Assembly: GCA_041496945.1 (NCBI GenBank)
Contig: JBGQFO010000003.1
Coordinates: forward strand, 16,415-80,414
From: Candidatus Limnocylindria bacterium
GTDB lineage: Bacteria > Chloroflexota > Limnocylindria > P2-11E
Direction: 5' to 3'
Length of the DNA stretch: 64,000 nt
Shown here: one piece after another, positions 8,052 through 16,685 of the stretch
Layout: each line of letters starts with the position of its first letter
Position numbering within the stretch: position 1 is the stretch's first letter
Translations under genes and position numbers: made by a program
The notes under the pieces: generated by a model
The model's input: the letters and a program-made list of their open reading frames with translations, nothing else
What the model was told of the DNA's origin: nothing
The model's database searches: none

Positions 8052-8925
8052 GCACGCGCCTCGCGCGCGCGACGATCGGCGCGTCGAGCATCTGGCCGTC
8101 GAGCGCGACCGCGCCAAGTCCGCGCGCGACCCCGTCGTCAGAGGCCTCGACGACGCGCGTCGCTCGCTCGATCTCCTCCGCGGTCGGCGAGAAGGCCTCG
8201 TTCACGACCGCGACCTGGTCCGGATGGATGCACTGACGGCCGGCGAAGCCGATCCGCCGACCGAGGAGCGCGTCGGCCCGCAGACCGGCCTCGTCCTTGA
8301 AGTCGGCCCAGATCCCGTCGAACGCGAGGATCCGCGCCGCCGCGGCGGCCACGACCACCGCGGATCGCGCGTAGAGCATCTCGGCCGCCGGACCCTCTCG
8401 CCGCAGCGGCAGGCCGAGATCCGCGGCGAGGTCCTCGGAGCCGAACATGAGGCCGACGAGCCTGGGAGCTCGGGCGATCTCCGCCGCGGCGATGAGGCCG
8501 GCCGCGCTCTCGATCGAGCCGATGACGCGGATCGATCGATCCGGGATCTTCGCGGCGCGTTCTCGCTCGAGAAGCATCTCGTCGACGAGCGCGAGCTCGT
8601 CGGCGCGCGCGACCTTCGGCACCACGATGCCGTCGAGGCCCGGGCGCACCACCGCGGCGAGATCGCCCTCCCCCTGGTCGCTCGCGCTGCGTCCGACGCG
8701 TACGAAGCGAAGGCACCCGCTCCGCGGTCGACCGAGCGCGGCCGCGATCACACGACGGCCGTTCTCCTTCTCTGCTGCGGGGACCCCGTCCTCGAGATCG
8801 AGCAGCACGACGTCGGGCGTCGTGGCGAGGCCGCCATCGAGCACGCGCGCGACCAGCGCCTCGCGGTGGCCGGGCGTGTAGAGGAGCGAGCGCATCGGGA
8901 CATCGATCTGCTCCGGGCCCTCCAT
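8008..8925 (-). CDS. citE: HpcH/HpaI aldolase / citrate lyase beta (CitE)-like acyl-CoA lyase
   Basis: Track ORF 8008..9171. Homology begins at MRSLLYTPGHREALVARVL...VVLLDLEDGV. ATG 8925 overlaps the ACAD stop by 1 nt. Confidence 0.85.
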   Translation of the reverse strand: MEGPEQIDVPMRSLLYTPGHREALVARVLDGGLATTPDVVLLDLEDGVPAAEKENGRRVIAAALGRPRSGCLRFVRVGRSASDQGEGDLAAVVRPGLDGIVVPKVARADELALVDEMLLERERAAKIPDRSIRVIGSIESAAGLIAAAEIARAPRLVGLMFGSEDLAADLGLPLRREGPAAEMLYARSAVVVAAAAARILAFDGIWADFKDEAGLRADALLGRRIGFAGRQCIHPDQVAVVNEAFSPTAEEIERATRVVEASDDGVARGLGAVALDGQMLDAPIVARARRVLRMARSGRPRARQG

Positions 8926-10091
8926 CAGTACGACCGCGGAAGACCGAGCACGTGCTCGGCGATGTACGCGAGCACGAGGTTGTTGTTCACCGGCGCCGTG
9001 AGGAAGAGCCGTGTCTCGCGGAACTTCCGCTCGACATCGAATTCCTTCGCGTAGGCGTAGCCGCCGTAGGTGTCCATCGCGGCGTTCCCCGCGGCCCACG
9101 CCGCCTGCGAGGCCAGCAGCTTCGCCATGTTCGCCTCGGCGCCGCAGGACTCGTCGTGATCGAAGAGCCATGCGGCCTTGTCGCGCACCAGACGCGCCGC
9201 CACGATCTGCGCGTGCGCCTGCGCGATCGGGAACTGCACGCCCTGATTCGCGCCGATCGGCCGGCCGAAGACGACGCGCTCGGAGCCGTAGCGCGCGGCG
9301 CGCTCGACGAACCAGCGTCCATCGCCGAGCGACTCCGAGGCGATGAGGATCCGCTCGGCGTTCCAGCTGTCGATGATGTGACGGAAGCCCTGTCCCTCGG
9401 TGCCGACCAGATCGCTCGCCCCAAGGTCGAGGCCGTCGATGAACAGCTCGGTGGTGTGGTGGTTGAGCATCGTCTCGATCGGACGGATCTTCACGGTGCC
9501 CGCCGCGATCGCGGACCGGAGATCGACGAGGAAGACCGACAGGCCGTGCGTCTTGTCGTCGAGCTCCTCGTAGGGCGTCGTCCGCGCGAGCAGCAGGAGG
9601 AGGTCGGACTGCAGCGTGCGTGAGATGAAGATCTTCTTGCCGTTCACGATGTAGCGGTCACCGACCCGGCGCGCGAAGGTGCGGATGCGCGTCGTCTCGG
9701 AGCCGGCCTCCGGCTCGGTGATGCCGAAGGCCTGGAGCCGGAGCTCGCCCCTGGCGAGACGCGGCAGGAAGCTCTTCTTCTGCGCCTCGCTGCCGTGACG
9801 CAGCAGCGTGCCCATCGTGTACATCTGCCCGTGCGCGCTCGCCGCGTTGCCGCCGGAGCCGTTGATCTCCTCGAGGATGACGGCGGCATCGGCGATCCCC
9901 AGCCCGGCGCCGCCGTATTCGGACGGGATGAGCGCCGCGAGCCAGCCGGCCTCGGTCAGCGCGCGGACGAACTCATCGGGATACGCGCTGCGCCGGTCGA
10001 GGTCGCGCCAGTACTCGTCGGGGTACCGCGCGCAGAGGTCGCGCACCGCGGCCCGGATCGCCTCCTGCTCGGGCGTCGCGCGGAAGTCCAT
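8925..10091 (-). CDS. Acyl-CoA dehydrogenase
   Basis: Track ORF 8925..10229, with start at internal ATG 10091 (MDFRATPEQEAIRAAVRDL). Sequences such as IPSEYGGAGLG and AFGITEPEAGSE are typical of ACADs. Confidence 0.9.
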   Translation of the reverse strand: MDFRATPEQEAIRAAVRDLCARYPDEYWRDLDRRSAYPDEFVRALTEAGWLAALIPSEYGGAGLGIADAAVILEEINGSGGNAASAHGQMYTMGTLLRHGSEAQKKSFLPRLARGELRLQAFGITEPEAGSETTRIRTFARRVGDRYIVNGKKIFISRTLQSDLLLLLARTTPYEELDDKTHGLSVFLVDLRSAIAAGTVKIRPIETMLNHHTTELFIDGLDLGASDLVGTEGQGFRHIIDSWNAERILIASESLGDGRWFVERAARYGSERVVFGRPIGANQGVQFPIAQAHAQIVAARLVRDKAAWLFDHDESCGAEANMAKLLASQAAWAAGNAAMDTYGGYAYAKEFDVERKFRETRLFLTAPVNNNLVLAYIAEHVLGLPRSY

Positions 10092-10096
10092 GGCCG

Positions 10097-10579
10097 CTAG
10101 ACGCGGGGCTCGGGGAAGGGCGCGCCCGAGATGGTGCCCCGCCTCGGCACCATGATCACCCGCGTCATCGCGAGCACCACGGTCCCGTCCTGCGTGATCC
10201 CGCGCTGCTTGAGCGTGACAATCCCCCACCCCGGTCGCGAGCGTGATGCGCGCGCCTCGACGACCTCGGTGTCGGCGTAGAGCGTGTCACCCTCGAACAA
10301 CGGGTTCGGCAGCGTGACGTCCTTGATCCCGAGCGCGACGCCCCGCTCGTTGGTGTCCGGCGTCATGAGACCGGTCACGACCGCGAGCGTGAGGAAGCTG
10401 TTCACGAGAGGCCGCTTCCACTCGGTCTGGGCAGCGTAGTGCGCGTTGAAATGGATCTGGTTGGTGTTGTGAGTGAGCAGCGTGAACTGCGTGTTATCGG
10501 CCTGGCTAATGGTGCGGCCGACGCGCGAGCGATACACATCGCCGACGTTGAAGTCTTCGAACGACCGTGGAGCGTTCAT
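10097..10579 (-). CDS. MaoC-like (R)-specific enoyl-CoA hydratase/dehydratase
   Basis: 160 aa hot-dog fold protein. FNVGDVY...ISQADNTQFTLLTHNTNQIHFN is typical of the MaoC dehydratase domain. Confidence 0.88.
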   Translation of the reverse strand: MNAPRSFEDFNVGDVYRSRVGRTISQADNTQFTLLTHNTNQIHFNAHYAAQTEWKRPLVNSFLTLAVVTGLMTPDTNERGVALGIKDVTLPNPLFEGDTLYADTEVVEARASRSRPGWGIVTLKQRGITQDGTVVLAMTRVIMVPRRGTISGAPFPEPRV

Positions 10580-10598
10580 CCTGGCGATACTGCCACGG

Positions 10599-10670
10599 CT
10601 CCGGCGGGAGGATTCGAACCTCCAACCAAGGGATTAACAGTCCCCTGCGCTACCGTTGCGCTACGCCGGA
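10599..10670 (-). tRNA. tRNA-Asn(GTT): tRNA-Asn (anticodon GTT)
   Basis: Folded by hand as a cloverleaf: TCCGGCG-TA-GCGC-AACGGTA-GCGC-A-GGGGA-CTGTTAA-TCCCT-TGGTT-GGAGG-TTCGAAT-CCTCC-CGCCGGA-G. CCA is not encoded. Confidence 0.9.
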
Positions 10671-10682
10671 ATGGAGACCTCA

Positions 10683-11780
10683 ATGGTAACCCGCGAAGAG
10701 GCCTCGCCGCAGGTCGCGACCGCGTACCGCGCGCTCTGGATCGCGGTCACGTTCGACCTTCTCGCGTTCGGCGTGGGCTTCAACTGGGATCGCAGCTGGC
10801 ACCAGACCCATCCGTTCGAGGACTTCTTCTCGCCGCCGCATCTCTTCATCTACACCATGCATTTCTTCGCGACGATGACCCTCGGGTACGTCGCGTTCAC
10901 GCCGTCGCTGCGCTCCCTCTTCGGTCCGGCTTTCCGACTCTTCCCGTTGCCCTTCCCCGTACCCGGGCCGATCGCGCTCGCGGGCGGCGGCTTCGTCGTC
11001 ACCGCGCTGGCCGGCGTGTTCGACGGCATCTGGCACACCGCCTTCGGCCTCGACGAGACCGGCTGGTCGTTCCCCCACTCGATGCTCGGCGCCGGGATCT
11101 TCGTCGCCTTCGTCGGCATCGCCGCATGCCGGTGGGCGCTCCGGGAGGTGCGCCCGATCGGGCTCGGAAGCGAGATCGTCTTCGGCTTCCTGCTCGTCGC
11201 CACCGCCGGCGAGCGCTTCACCGGGCCGCTTGGGACCAACCTCTCGCCGGCGTTCATCGGGTTCGTCTCGCGCATCCCGGTGCTCGCCGCCGAGCCGGCG
11301 TTCCAGCACACCGTGCGCATCGAGCTCGCCTACGACCTGGACCGCCTGAACCCGCTCTTCGTGCCGCTCCAGGCCCTCTCGGCGGGCATGGCGGTCGCGC
11401 TCCTGCGATCGTTCGTCTCGCGCACGGCCCTCTTCGTCGTCCTGACCGGGGTCGCGACCTGGCTCACGCGCTTCATCCCACTCCTGATACCGGGCATCGT
11501 CCTCGCCCTTCCGGGTCCGAGGCCGGCGAGCCGCACCCGGTACGCCATCGCCGGCGTCGCATTCGTCGTCGCCACGGCGGTCATCTGGCGCGGCACGCCG
11601 GCCGGCGCCCTGCTTGGCATCGCGCTGTTCCCGGTCGGCGCCTGGATCGGCGGGCTCATCTGGTCGGTCGTGGCGCGGCCGACGCGCGCGGGCGTGCTGG
11701 CCTTCGTGGCGCTCGCGGGCCTCGCGTACCCCGCGCTGACCGGCGCGGTCGACCTCGCCCTTCGCGCGCGGGTGCCGTAG
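10683..11780 (+). CDS. Polytopic integral membrane protein, function unknown
   Basis: Track ORF 10656..11780. ATG 10683 has GGAG 6 nt upstream and does not overlap the tRNA. About 10 hydrophobic segments. Contains W/H-rich motifs (WDRSWHQTHPFEDFF, GIWHTAFGLDETGWSFPHS). Confidence 0.7.
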   Translation: MVTREEASPQVATAYRALWIAVTFDLLAFGVGFNWDRSWHQTHPFEDFFSPPHLFIYTMHFFATMTLGYVAFTPSLRSLFGPAFRLFPLPFPVPGPIALAGGGFVVTALAGVFDGIWHTAFGLDETGWSFPHSMLGAGIFVAFVGIAACRWALREVRPIGLGSEIVFGFLLVATAGERFTGPLGTNLSPAFIGFVSRIPVLAAEPAFQHTVRIELAYDLDRLNPLFVPLQALSAGMAVALLRSFVSRTALFVVLTGVATWLTRFIPLLIPGIVLALPGPRPASRTRYAIAGVAFVVATAVIWRGTPAGALLGIALFPVGAWIGGLIWSVVARPTRAGVLAFVALAGLAYPALTGAVDLALRARVP

Positions 11781-11783
11781 CCG

Positions 11784-12263
11784 GTGCGGTGGGGCCCGTT
11801 CCTGCGCGGCCTACCCGCGACGCTGCGTGAGGAGCTGCCCGCGGCGCTCCGCGACTTCCGCTGGACCGCGTACAGCTTCCAGGCGAAGGCCTGGTATGGC
11901 AACGCCGATCTCCACTACGAGATCTGGGTCCGGAGCCGGCTTCACGTGGTCGAGCTCGGGCTCCACTTCGAGGCCGACGACCTCACCAATGCGCGCCTGC
12001 TCGCGGCGTTCACGGCACGGGCAAGAGTGGTGAAACGCGGCCTCGGAAAGCCCGCGCGGATCGAGGAATGGGACCGGGGCTGGGCGCGGGTGTGGGAGCC
12101 GATCTCGCTCGAGCTCACCGACAACGAGCTGGGCGAGCGCGTCGGGGCGAGGCTGTGCGACTACATGCGCGTGCTCGAGCCCATCCTGCGCGATGAGCTG
12201 CCCGCGGACGTGCCGTGGAAGATGGCGACCGCGAGGACTACTTCGTCCCGAGCGTCGCGATGA
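11784..12263 (+). CDS. Hypothetical protein
   Basis: 159 aa ORF with a GTG start 3 nt after the preceding stop. Third positions are GC-rich. No family recognised. Confidence 0.55.
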   Translation: MRWGPFLRGLPATLREELPAALRDFRWTAYSFQAKAWYGNADLHYEIWVRSRLHVVELGLHFEADDLTNARLLAAFTARARVVKRGLGKPARIEEWDRGWARVWEPISLELTDNELGERVGARLCDYMRVLEPILRDELPADVPWKMATARTTSSRASR

Positions 12264-12369
12264 GCACCACGATGAGGATGGTGACGGCGAAGACCGGGAG
12301 GGCGAGGAGCGCGTAGACGAGGTGCTCCTCGACGCGTGGCTTCTCTCCCGTGGGCTCGTGCTCGGTCAT
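12238..12369 (-). CDS. Possible small membrane protein (43 aa)
   Basis: Not in the ORF track. Translation MTEHEPTGEKPRVEEHLVYALLALPVFAVTILIVVLIATLGTK has one TM helix and GC-rich third positions. No clear Shine-Dalgarno sequence. Confidence 0.3.
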   Translation of the reverse strand: MTEHEPTGEKPRVEEHLVYALLALPVFAVTILIVVLIATLGTK

Positions 12370-12615
12370 CGCGCGCAACTCTAGCGAAGAAACCTCGCGG
12401 GCACCTGCGCGACTAGCGCCGCCGGGCCGCGTCCACCGCCTCGTTCGCGTTCTGGACCAAGCGCTGGGCGCCGCCGATCGCGCGCGGCACGTCGAAGCGC
12501 TGGTCGAAGTTACCGAGATTCTCCGCGGCCTCGAGCGCCTCCTCGAGCGCTGACTCCGCGAGACGCAAGGCCGACCCCAGCCGCTCGAGCTCGCCGGGGT
12601 CGACCTCGCCGCCTG

Positions 12616-14286
12616 CTATTCGAGGTAGTCCTTGAGCTTGCGGCTGCGCGAGGGGTGCCGCAGCTTGCGCAGCGCCTTCGCCTCGATCTGGCGGATGCGC
12701 TCGCGCGTGACGTTGAACTCGCGACCGACCTCCTCGAGGGTGCGCGTCCGCCCGTCCTCGAGACCGAACCGCAGCTGGAGGACGCGGCGCTCGCGGAGGG
12801 TGAGCCCCTCGAGCACGCTCTCCACCTGCTCTTTGAGCAGCTTGTGGCTCGCCGCATCGGAAGGCGCGAGCGCCTGGGTGTCGGGGATGAAGTCCCCGAG
12901 GTGGCTGTCCTCTTCCTCACCGATGGGCGTCTCGAGCGAGACCGGCTCCAGCGAGACCATGAGGATCTCGCGGACCTTGTCCGGCGTGACGAGCATCCGC
13001 TCGGCGATCTCCTCCGCGGTCGCCTCGCGGCCGAGCTCCTGGAGCAGACCGCGCGAGACGCGGATGAGCTTGTTGATCGTCTCGACCATGTGCACGGGGA
13101 TCCGGATGGTCCGCGCCTGGTCGGCGATGGCGCGGGTGATCGCCTGGCGGATCCACCACGTCGCGTACGTCGAGAACTTGTAGCCCTTGCGGTAGTCGAA
13201 CTTCTCGACGGCGCGGATGAGGCCGATGTTGCCCTCCTGGATGAGATCGAGGAAGGACATGCCACGGCCGATGTACTTCTTCGCGATCGACACGACCAGC
13301 CGGAGGTTCGCCTCGGTCAGGTTGTGCCGCGCGTCGTCACCCTTCTGGATGAGCTCGTCGGCCAGGCGGCGCAGCCCGCGCTGCTCGTCGGCGTCGGACA
13401 CGACCAGCTGGTCCAGGTGCTTGACCAGGATGTCGCGGACCTCCTGGCCGAGCATGACGAGCTCCCCCAGGCGCTCGGCGCCCTCGGCCGGACCGTGGAT
13501 CTTCGCGTACTGCGGCAGGATGCGGAAGGCCAGACGCTCGGCGTCGCGACGCGCGGCATCGATGAGGGCGACGGTCTCGTCGATGAGCACCTTCGCCTCG
13601 GTCGAGATCTCCTTGCTGTTCGCCTCCGCCTGGAGCGGGTCGCGCAGCTTGAGCAGCCGGTTGGAGACACGGCGAAGGTCCTTGCCGCCGATCTCGTCGT
13701 TGAGCGTGTGGCGCAGCGACTTCAGCGTGAAGCGCGTCGCCTCGTCGACGAACTCCTTGGGACGGCCGACGGCCATGCGCTTCTTCGTCTCGACCCCGAG
13801 CTCGTACAGGTGGATCGCCGAGAGCGCGGGCGACACGAGCGCCTGTTCCCCAAGCTCGATCGACTTCGCGAGGTTGACCTCTTCCTCGGCGGTGAGGAGC
13901 GGGACCTTGCCGATCTCCTTGAGGTACATGCGGACCGGGTCGTCGACGCTGATGAGGTCGCTGGCGAGGACCGCCGAGATGGCGTCCTCGCGCTGCATCT
14001 CCTCGGCCTCTTCCTCTTCCTCCTTGACCTGGGCCCAGTTCGGGCCACGCTCGGCCTCGAGGATCTCGACGTTGTTGTCGTCGAGCGCGAGGAGAAGCTC
14101 TTCGACCTCGCCCGGCTCGGCGTCGGGCATCGCGCGGACGATGTCCTCCTGGGTGACGTACCCCTGCTGCCGACCGCGCGCGAGGAGACGCTCGGCCTGC
14201 TCCTTGTGCTCCGGGTGGATTCCCGTGCGCTCCGGCGCGGCCGCGGCCTTGTCGTCCTTGTCCTTTGTCGCCTTCAGTGTCTTCAT
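12616..14286 (-). CDS. rpoD: RNA polymerase primary sigma factor (sigma-70 family, RpoD/SigA)
   Basis: 556 aa. Regions 2-4 are unmistakable: [53 protein letters not shown] and [22 protein letters not shown]. Confidence 0.97.
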   Translation of the reverse strand: MKTLKATKDKDDKAAAAPERTGIHPEHKEQAERLLARGRQQGYVTQEDIVRAMPDAEPGEVEELLLALDDNNVEILEAERGPNWAQVKEEEEEAEEMQREDAISAVLASDLISVDDPVRMYLKEIGKVPLLTAEEEVNLAKSIELGEQALVSPALSAIHLYELGVETKKRMAVGRPKEFVDEATRFTLKSLRHTLNDEIGGKDLRRVSNRLLKLRDPLQAEANSKEISTEAKVLIDETVALIDAARRDAERLAFRILPQYAKIHGPAEGAERLGELVMLGQEVRDILVKHLDQLVVSDADEQRGLRRLADELIQKGDDARHNLTEANLRLVVSIAKKYIGRGMSFLDLIQEGNIGLIRAVEKFDYRKGYKFSTYATWWIRQAITRAIADQARTIRIPVHMVETINKLIRVSRGLLQELGREATAEEIAERMLVTPDKVREILMVSLEPVSLETPIGEEEDSHLGDFIPDTQALAPSDAASHKLLKEQVESVLEGLTLRERRVLQLRFGLEDGRTRTLEEVGREFNVTRERIRQIEAKALRKLRHPSRSRKLKDYLE

Positions 14287-16127
14287 TCGCTCTCTTTTCG
14301 TTCGCTGTCGCCGTGCAGCACCGTCCGCCGTTCGACCCGTGCCATGGCGAGCTCGAGCTCACCCCCCAGGCGCTCGACCTCGGCCGCCAGTGCGCTCGCG
14401 TCGCCGCCCGTCGCCTGCGCGAGCTGTGCCCGCGCCTCGCCCAGACGGTCCCGCAGGGTCTGCACCCGTAGGCGCCTCGCGGCGATCTCGATCACCTGCA
14501 CCGGGTCCGCCTCCTCGCCGAGCTCCGGCGCTATCGCGCCAAGTGCGGCTGCCGTGGCAGCCAAGTGAGCCGGCAGATCGGATGACGGACGCTGCCCCGA
14601 CTGCAGGAATTTCAAGAGCTCACGCAGCTCGGGGGTGACGAGGTCGGCGGCGATGAGGTCGGCGCGCGCGGTCTCCTCCGGGTATCGCGTCAATAGTGCC
14701 ATGACGTAACGCTCCTGAAGCGGCGTTTGTTTCATTTCCGGGCCATCTCCCGGCTCGGCTGCGGTGGTGGGCACCGCGGCCGGCGCGGCCCGGCCCACCG
14801 TTGGCAGGGCGGGAGCTGCCTCGACCCGCTGGCGGACGAGGGCCGGGTCGACGCCGGTGCTCCCGGCGACGGCCGAGATGTAGACGTCGCGCCGGACCGG
14901 GTCCGGCTCGGCGCGCAGCACCGGTGCGACCTCGTCGAGGAAGCGCAGGCGGCCCTCGGGCCGCTCGAGCTGGTGGCGCTCGCGGATCTGGTCGATGAGG
15001 AACTCGAGCAGGCTCTTCGCCCCGGCGATGAGCGAGCGGAGCTTCTCCGGATCGGAGCGGGCGAGGTCGTCAGGGTCCAGGCCCTCCGGCAGGACGGTGA
15101 CGTAGAGCGTCCCGTAGCCACGCGTGCCCACCTGGCCCGAGCCGGCTCGACCGCTGTGCCGCTGCAGGAGCGGGAGCAGGTCGTGCCCGCGCCGCTCCGC
15201 GGAACGCTGGCCGGCGGGATCGCCGTCGAAGGCCACGACGACGCGCTCGAGCTTCATGTCCTGGAGCACGAGGTACTGGTCCACGGTCAGGGCGGTGCCC
15301 ATCGATGCGACGACGTTGGCGATGCCCGCCTGATGTGCCGCGATCGCGTCGAAGTACCCCTCGACGATGACCGCCGTGCTCTCCCTGCGGATCTCCGCAC
15401 GGGCCGCGTCGAGCGCATAGAGCGTCGCGCTCTTGTTGAAGAGGGGTGTGTTCGGCGAGTTCACGTACTTCCCGGGCTGGTCGGCGCGCATCGCCCGCCC
15501 GCCGAAGGCGATGTTCCGGCCGCGGCCGTCGCGGATCGGCACCATGAGCCGGCCGCGGAACCAGTCGTACACGCCGCGGTCGCCGGCGCGCAGGACGCCG
15601 GCGATCTGACCCTCCTCCTCGGAGAAGCTCTTCTTCTTCAGATACGTGAGGAGCCCATCCCAGAGGTCGGGCGCGTAGCCCAGCCCGAAGCTGTCGATGG
15701 ACGCCTGGGTGATGCCGCGTTTCGCGAGATAGGCGGCGGCGACCTTGCCGTGGGTCGGCGATCGCAGCGCCTGCGTGAAGTAGAAGAGCGCCGTGTCCAT
15801 CAGGCTGCGGAGGCGGTCGTCGCGCTCCTGCGCTTCGGGCGAGCGCCGCGTCAGCTGGACGCCGGCGCGCTCGGCCAGGACTTTCAGCGCTTCCACCGGC
15901 TCGAGGTTCTCCATCTTCTCGAGCCACGTGAAGACGTCCCCGTGCTCGGAACATCCGAAGCAGTGATAGGTGCGCCTCTCCGGATCGACCTGGAACGAGG
16001 GCGTCTTCTCGACATGGAACGGGCAGAGGCCCTTGTAGACCTTGCCGGCGCGCTTGAGCGGCACGCGCTCACCGATGAGCGCGACGATGTCGATGCGCTC
16101 CTTGACGAGGTCGAAATCACCCGGCAT
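14283..16127 (-). CDS. dnaG: DNA primase
   Basis: 614 aa. CHC2 zinc finger [25 protein letters not shown] and a TOPRIM region ([11 protein letters not shown]). 4-nt overlap with the rpoD start. Confidence 0.97.
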   Translation of the reverse strand: MPGDFDLVKERIDIVALIGERVPLKRAGKVYKGLCPFHVEKTPSFQVDPERRTYHCFGCSEHGDVFTWLEKMENLEPVEALKVLAERAGVQLTRRSPEAQERDDRLRSLMDTALFYFTQALRSPTHGKVAAAYLAKRGITQASIDSFGLGYAPDLWDGLLTYLKKKSFSEEEGQIAGVLRAGDRGVYDWFRGRLMVPIRDGRGRNIAFGGRAMRADQPGKYVNSPNTPLFNKSATLYALDAARAEIRRESTAVIVEGYFDAIAAHQAGIANVVASMGTALTVDQYLVLQDMKLERVVVAFDGDPAGQRSAERRGHDLLPLLQRHSGRAGSGQVGTRGYGTLYVTVLPEGLDPDDLARSDPEKLRSLIAGAKSLLEFLIDQIRERHQLERPEGRLRFLDEVAPVLRAEPDPVRRDVYISAVAGSTGVDPALVRQRVEAAPALPTVGRAAPAAVPTTAAEPGDGPEMKQTPLQERYVMALLTRYPEETARADLIAADLVTPELRELLKFLQSGQRPSSDLPAHLAATAAALGAIAPELGEEADPVQVIEIAARRLRVQTLRDRLGEARAQLAQATGGDASALAAEVERLGGELELAMARVERRTVLHGDSERKESE

Positions 16128-16378
16128 CAGCGGTAAGCCTCACTACGATGTCTGACCGTCTCGATGATCACAGTTCTTGCTCGAGCGTCGAATCGGTAGA
16201 TGACACGGTAGACGCCGACCCGAAGTGAGCGCAGATGAGCGAGGCTTCCCTTGAGGGGCTTTCCTCGAAGTGGCTCGTCAGCAAGGCTGACGATCAGGTC
16301 GTCCACAGCGCTCCGGTATGTAGCAGCAAGCCGGCTCAGGTCGCGCTCCGCCTCGCGCGCGAGAAGGACGCGTGCCAG
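16127..16378 (-). CDS. relE: Type II toxin, RelE/ParE family
   Basis: Translated by hand: (L)ARVLLAREAERDLSRLAATYRSAVDDLIVSLADEPLRGKPLKGSLAHLRSLRVGVYRVIYRFDARARTVIIETVRHRSEAYR. The RelE-type C-terminus (YRVIY...V.HR...Y) is present. It is absent from the track because no ATG/GTG/TTG precedes the conserved N-terminus. The start is assumed to be CTG 16378, two codons after the antitoxin TAG. The stop TGA shares one base with the dnaG ATG. Confidence 0.8.
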   Translation of the reverse strand: MARVLLAREAERDLSRLAATYRSAVDDLIVSLADEPLRGKPLKGSLAHLRSLRVGVYRVIYRFDARARTVIIETVRHRSEAYR

Positions 16379-16381
16379 CGG

Positions 16382-16648
16382 CTAACGCCTCGGCCGGGCG
16401 CGGACCTCGGCCCAGCTTCGGACGCGGCCAGCCTTGATGTCGCGTTCAGCTCGGGCGATCGCGGCCATCGCCTTCTTGTCGGCCATGATCTCGAGGGTTT
16501 CCTGCCAGCTCTCGAACTCAGCGGCTGACATGACGACAGCTTCGGGCTTGCCCTGCTTCGTGATGACCACGTGTTCGTGCACCGAGGACACCTCATCGAT
16601 GATCCGCGACAGGTCCTTGCGGGCTTCCGTGAGCGGGAGCGTCTTCAT
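16382..16648 (-). CDS. yefM: Type II antitoxin, Phd/YefM family
   Basis: 88 aa. MKTLPLTEARKDLSRIIDEVSSVHEHVVITKQGKPEAVVMSAAEFESWQETLEI is a classic Phd/YefM N-terminal domain. Confidence 0.9.
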   Translation of the reverse strand: MKTLPLTEARKDLSRIIDEVSSVHEHVVITKQGKPEAVVMSAAEFESWQETLEIMADKKAMAAIARAERDIKAGRVRSWAEVRARPRR

Positions 16649-16656
16649 TGGCAGAG

Positions 16657-16674
16657 TGTACAGGATTCTGTACA
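16657..16674 (-). promoter_or_regulatory. Putative antitoxin operator: two TGTACA palindromes, 12 bp centre to centre
   Basis: TGTACA at 16657-16662 and at 16669-16674, separated by GGATTC, inside the 37-bp gap between the dgt stop and the yefM start. The proximal copy overlaps a TACACT -10-like hexamer 6 nt before the ATG. TGTACA cores with 12-bp spacing are the known YefM-type operator architecture. Confidence 0.55.
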
Positions 16675-16685
16675 GATCGGCGTTC

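Noticed and set aside
10580-10682. tRNA-Asn as a possible integration hotspot
   Set aside because: No integrase, no direct repeat of the tRNA 3' end and no compositional island next to it. The same holds for tRNA-Gln at 37010-37080.
12413-12615. Coding-like minus-strand frame downstream of rpoD (..ELERLGSALRLAESALEEALEAAENLGNFDQRFDVPRAIGGAQRLVQNANEAVDAARRR)
   Set aside because: GC-rich third positions and a helical-looking translation, but no canonical start before a 51-codon TTG ORF, and no recognisable family. The evidence is too weak to call a gene.
12655-14568. 637-aa plus-strand ORF antisense to rpoD/dnaG
   Set aside because: Shadow ORF. The minus strand encodes unmistakable sigma-70 and primase sequences.
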